A DNA stretch of 63,718 bases, counting the filler, from Craspedostauros australis (Eukaryota), in assembly GCA_030167865.1 (NCBI GenBank). It is 5 parts of 5 records of this genome, joined end to end, with 100 filler letters (N's around TTAATTAATTAA, not from the genome) between each part and the next. Parts side by side here need not be neighbours in the genome. Positions count along the whole stretch, not along the records: positions 55,300 to 60,300 come from JALAGF010000325.1; positions 60,401 to 61,890 come from JALAGF010000326.1; positions 61,991 to 63,718 come from JALAGF010000329.1; 2 more parts are not named here. One strand, written 5' to 3'. Every line of letters starts with the position of its first letter. The stretch's first letter is position 1. The position numbers were made by a program, and so were the translations under genes. The notes beneath the pieces were generated by a model. The model did no database searches. It was not told the DNA's origin and worked only from the letters and a program-made list of their open reading frames with translations. Below, one piece after another: positions 55,300 through 63,718 of the stretch.

Positions 55300-56375
55300 A
55301 GGAGACCAACAATCACAGCACCAGCATAATGACAAAGAGAAAGCACGAAGAAAGCCGACTACTACTGGGATGAGGACCCGTGGGAGGGCTGCACGACAGA
55401 GCCGTGGTGATACAACTTAACCGCCTCAGCAAGGCAAAGGAGAATACCATAAATAGTGGGGTCAGAATGTACAATGTTTGCTTGTTGTAACTAGACGAAT
55501 CCTGCTGACGGAATGCAACAAGTGAACTGGCAAGAGAGTCGCAACAACGTCCGCAACCCCCCTTGGAAGAGAGGGGAACATGCTGGCTCTGTAGCTGTCG
55601 AATGTGTACGATGGCATGAAGAGGCGAAGGATCTGTGGACCAGAATGAAAAAAGCCAAAAAACAACAAGATGCAGTCCGTACACAACATGAGAATCACAA
55701 GAAAANCCNCAAGTTGTTTTTGAAAATACGCAAGAATGTTTCGCCATTTGGTGGCCCGCATCCCTTTTTGACCTTCGTTTTCCTTCGTCGCAATTTAAAA
55801 AAAACGACGTTTTCCCTTCCCCCCCTGGGACGCCGCTGCAGGGAGGGAAAGCTAGGACCGAGCACTTCACAACTTGTCCCAGTGGCACAAGACGTCCGTC
55901 CAGACTTGCGAGCTTCTCGATTCTATGTTGAAACTTCTCGGAAAGAACATGTCTATGTGTGTGCATGTCACCATCCAAGAGTACCTGGAGGCAACCAAGG
56001 ATAGTTTGCCTCTCCTTCATTGGCTTGGTTATCTTGTCCGTCTCGTCACAGGTCCGCGCGCACCTTCCATCATGCAAGAGGCACAAACCAACATCAATTC
56101 TACACAAACGCTCTCCCCTGGTTCTGCGTCCCCCAACATTGCATGTCTCTCTTCCATGCTCCCTCTCTGTTTTCTGCGAACTGATTTGTCGTGGCGACCG
56201 CTGCAGGGAGAACACTGTATCCAAATGTTCCGAGTGGCCCACAAACCTCTGCACAAGTCTCTCCACCTCGTCATAAATGCAAACATCAGTAATCGCAAGG
56301 GCAACACCCACACAGCCATAACAGAACAAAACAGGACAGAACGATCCATTCACTCACTCCGTCAGACGAGACAAC

Positions 56376-59300
56376 ATGAATAGCACACACTTATCGCCGA
56401 CGTTGCATGCCGCGAGACACAACATTCCTACCTCCAAGGTCGAAGCTCTCTCCATTCAACTTGCACCAGACGAGACAACGAAGAGCAAGGAGGCACTCCC
56501 ATCAACAACATCGACAACAACAGCAACATCGTCAAAAGACAGCACGGTCACCATGGAACATGCGGAGCTCCCGTTCCGTCAGGTGGGCTTGATCGGAAGG
56601 GACAAGGAGCTTCGAATCCTTGAGAACGCTTTCCGAACCACCTGCGCGCAAAGCAAGAGACACTCCGTGCTTGGCATCAACAACCGCAGCACAATCCATC
56701 CAACCCTCCACTCTGGCGAACTCCAGGCGCCATCCTCACCCAAGGATGTGGTCAACAAGCATCAGCCGACGTCCGCAGAAGGCACATCTTCGAAGAGGAC
56801 GCTCGTGCTCATCTCAGGACATTCCGGCGGTGGAAAGACGGCACTCGCCATGCAGGTCAAGCGCTTCGCCTCCGTCCAAGACAGCGATCCACATCAACCA
56901 CCATTCCATGGCTTCGCCGTGACTGGCAAATGCGAGATCTCCAAGATGAATGCCGAGCAACCGTACGCCGGCATCAAACCGGCATTGATGGAGCTCTGCA
57001 AACAGATCCTCAGCCTGGAGCCTGGTGAGGCTGATACTCCAGTCGATATCATCGACACTCCTCTGAACAAGGTTTCAGCAGCTGACTTGGCATTCCGAAC
57101 ACAAGAATCCGCAGCCGCCACTGTATCGTCGGCATCATCGACGTCATCATCATCGACATCATCGGCATCGTTGTTGAGCGCGACAGAAGGGGGATCGCAC
57201 ACAGCAACTACTGTCGGTACAAGCGCGAAGGAGGGAAGCCAACAGTTAGGTCTCCCAACACCAACACCCTCCTTCAGCGAGGATCCTAGACAACTCTCCG
57301 CCCTGCGAAAGCTGTTGAGGCGAGGCATGACGAAGGGAGAGGTCCAGGCACTGTCGAACATCATCCCGGATCTCCCACGTGTCGTCTTCGGCGACGCCCA
57401 CATGAACGCCAGCGTCAACTTCCACGACGACGCCTCCGTCATGAGCGCATCGACGAACTGGTCAGGCACGCAATGCACAGCTCGGGCGAAGAGCCATCGC
57501 ATCGGATACCGCGCCCACGGCGACCGACTCAAGTTCGCTCTGCGGAAGCTCATTCAGATCATCTGCAACTACTGCCCCCTCGTCTTCGTCATCGACGATC
57601 TGCAATGGGCAGACAAGGCATCGCTCGACATCGTGAAATCATGGATGCTGGACAACAAGAACTCATCGCTCATGATCATCGGGTGCTACCGATCCAACCT
57701 TCTGGAAGAGAACGATGTTCTCAAGACCACGCTGACATCATTGGATGAATCCAAGCGGGAGCGTGCCCTCCGCATCGTCAAGCTTCCTGTCCAGGACTTG
57801 GAGGTGCATCACGTCAACGAGATGCTGTGTCGGCTGTTGACTGTGTCAACGGGTGACAGCACACGCAATGTACAAGGCAGTGGCGCTGACGCCGACGCCG
57901 ACGCCGAAACTGACATGAGCCACCTGTCCAAGGTTGCAGAGGAGCTTGCTGATGTGGTACATCAAAAGACGGCTGGAAATCCCTTCTTCGTCCAGCGATT
58001 CCTTCAGTCCTTGGTTGACGAAGGCCTGCTCAAGTACAACGGGTCGAAGCAATCGTCACCGCCACCACCATCCAACACCAAGAGCAGCAGACTCACTTGG
58101 GCATGGTCATGGGACGATGCAGAGATACGGGCCAAGTCACCATCCACGAGCAGCATCATCGAGCTCATGAAGGACAAGCTGCATCAGGTGCGCAATGCTC
58201 GCCAGATCTTACCTATCGCAGCATGTCTGGGTGCATCTTTCTCACACTCGACCATCGGCATCGTGATGCGCGGTCTGTCCATCCATTCCGCCCATTCCGC
58301 GTTCGTTCGTACGCTATTTGGCATCACCCACATCGTTTCCACCAACGATATTGAGGAGATGCTGCAAACATGCGAGCAGGAAGGTCTCATCGAGACATCC
58401 GTGGGCATCGCCGGCACATCGAGGCTTTCCGCCAAGTCAGGTAGAAAAGCGTTGAGCAGAACGCGCAGCAAGATGAAGACTCAGAAGAAAAAGAGGAGGG
58501 CGAAGCCATCGACCATCTACAACTTCAGCCATGACAAGGTCCAAGAGGCGGCATTGGACATGGTGGACGAGGAGCAGTTGTCCGAGCTGAAGTACCGAGT
58601 CGGCGAGATCCTGCTGTTCGGTCTTTCCGAAGACGAGTTGAACGAGCGCATCTTCATGATCGCCAACCTCGTCAACACGAGGCTCGATCTCATCCCAGAC
58701 ATCAACAAGAGCGAACGCGGCAAGCGCGTCATGATGCTCAACTTCGGCGCCGGAATCAAGGCAGTGAGCTGCTCATCTTTCCACTTGGCGTCCCAATACT
58801 TCCGAACCGCCATCTATCTCCTTCCCGAAAATTGCTGGGAGACCATGCAGGAGGAGACATTGCAAGCCTACACCGCCGCGGCAGAGTGCGCCTTCGTCAC
58901 GTTGGAGCTTGACCGGGCCCGCAAGTACTGCAACATCATCATCGAGTCGAAGTGCGACATGGTGGACAAGATCAAAGCGTACGACACTCTCGTCGATGTG
59001 GAAATGGCGGATATGCACAACGATGGAGATAAATACACCGCCCTCAAGCTCTGCACCCATGTGCTTGCCCAGCTTGGATACAAGTTGCCAAAGCCTGGAA
59101 TCGGGCGCACGGTGCACACTATCGTTCGCTTGCTGATGCTGAAGCGCATGAGACGCTGGTTGACGCCGAAAATGATCGCCGACATGCCTCTGATCACGAA
59201 CAGGAAAGAAGAGGCCGTCATGGCGATGATGTCGAAAATGATAACGATCTGCTTCCTCACCAAGCCGGAGCTCATCCCTTTCGTTTCGCTGCAAATCGTC

Positions 59301-60300
59301 GACCTCACGTTCAAGTACGGTGCTTCCGAGTATTCTCCGGGCGCCTTCATGCGTCTGGGAGTGTTGGCAGGAATTGTGATTGGAGATGCCAAGACACGAC
59401 GGGTCCTGGGGCAGAGGGCCTTGGAACTCATGGCGAGGATGGACCATCCCATCTCAGAAGGTGTCTTCCGCGTCCAGTACTACGCGAGGGTGCAGCACCA
59501 CCTGGGTCCCCTCGAAGACATGGCGGAGCCGTTTATGGATCTATACCGTCTGGGAATGTCTGTTGGCGACGTAGACAGGGCGCTTTGGAGCGCCACGTCC
59601 GGCATGTCAGTGCATATTCATATCGGCACCACCCTGCCACAGCTCGATTCTGACCTCGCGACATTGGCAAGGGTGGCGACAGATTTCCACCAGGTCCTCC
59701 AGACAGCCTTTCTGAAGATCTCCTGGCAAAAGGTTCTGAACCTGCGCGGAGTATCGCAGCACCGCATCCTCCACATCGGCGACGCCTTCAATGAAGAAAG
59801 CGAAATGGAGGGACTCGGTGACAAAGTCAAGGGCCTCCTCCAGAGCATGACCGACTCCTCCAAGGTATTCTGCTGCGCATTCTTCGGCGAATACGAGCTC
59901 GGCGCCAAGATCTCGTGCGACATGATCTTTCAGCTGATGAAGGAAATTCCGGGCTCTCTGGGCTTACCGTCGGCGTTCTTCCACGCGGCAATCTGCTTCT
60001 TCGCCGCATCACACTCCAAGACGGCCAATTCGAAGTACTACAAGGTGGGGAAGAAATGCCTGCAGCAGCTGAAGCGATGGGAAGCACAGGGCAATCCCAA
60101 CTGCCGCCACTACATCCTGACGCTGAAGGCGGAACAGCAGTTCTTGCGTGGCAAGCATTGTGAGGCAATGACGTTGTACAAGGAGGCCATCAAGGTGTTT
60201 GCCCGTCATGGGTACATCCATGATCAAGGTCTTGCACATGAGCGATTGGGGGACTGTTGCATGGCCTGTGGGCGTGAAGCAGAAGCGAAAGAGTACTACA
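56376..60300 (+). CDS. STAND-class ATPase (AAA_16 / COG3899-like) with C-terminal TPR-like helical array; 3' truncated at the linker
   Basis: LIGRDKEL, Walker A ISGHSGGGKT, Walker B VFVIDDLQWAD, IIGCYR, KTAGNPFFV (GxP), YNFSHDKVQEAA (winged helix), then helical repeats ending GLAHERLG. Start is 56376 or 56553. Confidence 0.87.
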
Positions 60301-60400
60301 NNNNNNNNNNNNNNNNNNNNNNNNNNNNNNNNNNNNNNNNNNNNTTAATTAATTAANNNNNNNNNNNNNNNNNNNNNNNNNNNNNNNNNNNNNNNNNNNN
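60301..60400. other. Artificial contig linker
   Basis: N run with a central TTAATTAATTAA. Confidence 0.97.
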
Positions 60401-61890
60401 TGGTGACCCCAGTGATGTCCAGAGGGCACATGTACATCGTTCGTGAGGATCTGTGCGCGCCACACAGCCTTGCTACCTTCGCACGGACTCCAAACGCTGG
60501 TGGCCTTGCTAAGCCTTCCCTCCTTTCTCCCCAGCATCACTCCGTNGCTGCCACGCGTGCCAACAACAAGGCTGAGCCCCCCACACCATCCCCAACTACC
60601 ATGGAATCGCAAGAAGCCAAAATCGCTGCTTTTCTGGAGGTCTCACGTCAACAGAAAGAAACGGCAATCGCCCATCTCAAGAAGCAGATGAAGAGAGGCG
60701 CAACAACGAAAGGATGGTTGCGAAAGGATGGAGGGTGTAGCAACACTAAGCCCACCAATAGCAAGAAACAACTTGATGCACAAGAAAAGCACAACTACGT
60801 CGTTCTCTACTTCAATTTGGGTGGGATCCCAGCCAATGCAAAATTGATCGCCCATGCTTGGGATATTGGCACTTCTACTGTCGCCAGCAACATCCAAAAG
60901 TTCCAACAGAACAACTTCGAACGGAAGAAGCGCAGCAACACAGGCAGGAGCATCTTCACCAGCACCCAGAAACAACAACAATGCTTCACGCCACATGCCG
61001 CTTTTGCTAAGCAGTTGAGGCTGAAACATCTGCAACAACGGTTGACGTCTGACAACATCTCATCTGCATTTGCTTCTGCTTTGCCTGAGGAGCTGGCATC
61101 TGTGAAAGCCCTGTCCGATTTGTGGTTGGAGCGCGGTCCATTCCTCCAATACGACCTCCAGGATGTGATGCGACAATGCGGTGGCGCACTCTCATGGGAC
61201 GATATTGCACGCGAACTAGCAGGAAGGGGAAATGTCGAATGTGTTAGCGCAGAGACCATTCGAACGTTCGTGATGGGATTGGAGGGAAGCGACTACCGTT
61301 CCACAACAATGCTCCCTCTGATCAACGGCACCACGAAGGTGAAGCGCGAGATCTGGTCCAAGGACTTCTGTGTGTTCTGGGAATCAGCTGAGCTGTTCCC
61401 GAATACGCAAGTTGTTGTTGTCCACATGGACAAGAAGTGGTTCTACTCTATTGTCGCTCGGCGCAACCTCAAACATGTGCCCCAAATGGGGGTTAAGCCT
61501 GTGAATCATGCTGTGCACCACAAGTGCCACATCGAAAAGACCATGGCGATTGCATCAACAGCGTTCGCTCCAACAGACAACTGCTTTGGGCAAGGAGGAA
61601 AGGCGTATCGGGTCAGCTTCGAACGTGTTGGGCGCAAGGTTCGAGCGCAAAAGACTACATACAAGCGAACTTGGGTCTCGCCAACCAAGTACAAGCACCT
61701 TCCTGATCCCAACAAAATCTCTCGCAAGAAGGGTGAACTGTACTTTCAACCACTGGAGATCACGGGCAGCAAGGAAACAGATGGTCATCGTGTTAAGCCC
61801 AAGCCAAAGTACAGCCTCAAGAAATTCTTCCGCGAAAAAGAACTCCCTGCACTGGATTCGCTCGCCAGCAAAATCAAGGCCGAAACGGGA
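60401..61890 (+). mobile_element. Tc1/mariner-IS630 superfamily transposase fragment (DEKWF-type), ATG at 60601, truncated at the linker
   Basis: HTH-like segments (IGTSTVAS; SWDDIARELAG...VSAETIRTF), a PLI...KVKREIW linker, VVVHMDKKWFY (cf. VHxDEKWFY) and KCHIEKTM (cf. KxxIxKVM). No TIRs visible. Confidence 0.68.
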
Positions 61891-61990
61891 NNNNNNNNNN
61901 NNNNNNNNNNNNNNNNNNNNNNNNNNNNNNNNNNTTAATTAATTAANNNNNNNNNNNNNNNNNNNNNNNNNNNNNNNNNNNNNNNNNNNN
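61891..61990. other. Artificial contig linker
   Basis: N run with a central TTAATTAATTAA. Confidence 0.97.
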
Positions 61991-62045
61991 AAGTGCGTAT
62001 GAGAGAATAACGGGTGAACGATGCACATATACACGTACATCTTGA

Positions 62046-63718
62046 CATATACTCACATGTACATCTCGACACACTGGAGTATGCAACCGTTGTGCAGGGG
62101 CGATGCGTTTTGTGGATGACCGATATGTCCCCTTCGTCACGATGCTTATGGAAGATCACCTTGCGGAACACGCAACAGAATTGGAGTCGATGCTCAATGC
62201 CGCGCCAGGGTTCAACAACGAAATACTGTGGTACATGGCACACAAAGTGCGCAGCAAGGTGCAATTCGGACAAATTGAGCAGTACCTCAAAAATATCAAC
62301 AACAGAGAGGATCGTGCGCACGTGGTTCTGGACCACAAACAGAAAATTCTTCCGACTGGCCAAGGCGAAGCTCAACAAGAATACTGGGGCAAGAAGGGCA
62401 TGTCTCTGTTGGGCGCGATGGTGATAACGTGTCACAACGACGTTTTCACTTATCGCTTCATCGATATCATTGTGAAGGGGAGGCCAACTCAAGACACCCT
62501 CCAAGTTGGCGGGCTTCTCAAAATTGTGCAACAACAGGTGAGAAAATTGCTTCCATCAGTCACCGAAATCGTCATCCAATCCGACAACGCGTGTTGTTTC
62601 GCGAGCCACGAGCACATCTCGCTGATTACCTCGGTGCTCAACAAGAACCTTGGAACGCGAAATGTCCCCAAGATCGCGGCCTGGATCTACACCGAAGCCC
62701 AAACAGGCAAAGGCCGCCTTGACACGCACTTTGCGTACATCACTGTTGTGTTGCGAGCGTATGTGCTGGAGGACAACGACATCAAAACGGAACACCAACT
62801 TTTCGACGCATTGGAAGCTGGCAACATCGCAGGAACAACGACGGTTTTGGTGGATGCAGAATGCCTGGAGGGGCGCGTTGTGAGTTTCCCCGGCATGCCA
62901 AAGAAGCGTTTCTGCGCGAAAGGCCAAAAGGTACGCCAAACGCACGAGATCAAGTTTGGAGAAGACGAGGCCAATTTGGTGGCGGCATCTGGTGTCACAG
63001 ACGATGTTCTCGTCCAGTGCGCTGAATGGAAAGAATGGGAAATTAACCAGCTGGGCATCCGCACCATCGCGACGCACACGTCAGGAAAGGAACCATTCAC
63101 CGCGGAATCGCCGAAGAAGAAGAAGAAGACACGAAAGCGCGGATCTACTGCAGTGGAGAGCAAAGCGCTCGTCTTTCGCGACGCACTGAATATGGGACAA
63201 GGAGAGCTGCCACACAACCACACCGCAGAATTGAAAGACCAGACCGCGGAAGCAGAAATCCCTCGACTCGCGGTGAAGGGCTGGGCAGTGAAAACCACGC
63301 GCAGCAACGCGGAGTTACCATGGTACGTACTGCAGAAATTGGATGAAATGAGCACGGCAGCCAAAGAGGACCCGAAAAATCGACCAACAGAACACGAAGC
63401 GCACCGTCGACTGATGGAGCTGGAGGGAACAGCGACCGATTGGTATATCCAGTTGCACGCAAGTCCAATGCGCGTAAAGTCGTACTTGACTGCAGCATAC
63501 AACAACGCACAGCGCGCGGCAAAGAAAACAGCCACGGCACCAACTACGACCGACAACAACACAAAAATGGCATCCACATCGTCACCGTCACCACCATCAC
63601 CATCACCATCACCACCTGCAACAGCAACAGCAACAGCCGCAACTGTCGCGGATCCAACAGGTACGAAGCCAGCAGAGCAGCAGAAGAGCGAAGAAGAGGA
63701 AGAGATGGAAGAAGAGGA
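62046..63718 (+). mobile_element. Sola-superfamily (Sola3-like) DDD transposase ORF, open to the window end
   Basis: Manual translation of a frame open from 62046 (ATG 62103) with no stop: VLDHKQKILP...EAQQEYWGKKGMS, IQSDNACCF, TEAQTGKGRLDTHFA, NLS PKKKKKTRKR, KGWAVK...VKSYLT. Missing from the ORF track. Confidence 0.7.

Noticed and set aside
55300..55830. Possible 3' end of a transposon (short frame ending YYWDEDPWEGCTTEPW, A/T runs, C-rich end)
   Set aside because: No matching terminus or diagnostic motif in the window.
30928..61990. Four exact TTAATTAATTAA motifs inside N runs as a biological repeat or target site
   Set aside because: Identical 100-nt spacers with stops in all six frames are assembly linkers. 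The ORF-track tails ending in X...LIN are artefacts.
55300..63718. STAND ATPase plus two transposases as one mobile defence island
   Set aside because: The three lie on separate contigs joined by linkers, so physical linkage is not shown.

Overview
Eukaryotic nuclear DNA from a diatom, shown by a silicon transporter, plastid-targeted proteins with ASAF-type bipartite leaders, a diatom-type cyclin and LRR receptor, and GT-AG introns. The window is five contigs (1-30927, 31028-55199, 55300-60300, 60401-61890, 61991-63718) joined by artificial 100-nt N/TTAATTAATTAA linkers, so adjacency across linkers is not evidence of linkage. Contig 1: the 5' end of a SIT gene, two divergent tRNA-Thr(UGU) genes bracketing a PSAT-like LCAT-family acyltransferase, an intron-containing cyclin, Tic22, a ~1900-aa coiled-coil protein, a pseudo-receiver protein, and a 4-exon type II membrane LRR receptor-like protein with a repeat-laden cytoplasmic tail. 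Contig 2: the 3' part of an RNase H-bearing non-LTR retrotransposon, a PSR1-like SHLQKYR Myb factor with clustered GAATCT sites upstream, a SERGT/HPAT-like glycosyltransferase, a plastid DUF1823 protein, an ankyrin-coiled coil-BTB gene, an ankyrin pseudogene, a secreted RXL/KXXK protein, and PIG-O. The small contigs carry a STAND ATPase-TPR gene, a mariner/IS630-type transposase and a Sola3-like transposase. The SIT and Sola3-like frames run off the window and are missing from the ORF track. All family calls come from motif recognition by eye; no searches were run. I found no single multi-gene novel system, but several candidate regulatory and protein-architecture novelties are listed.
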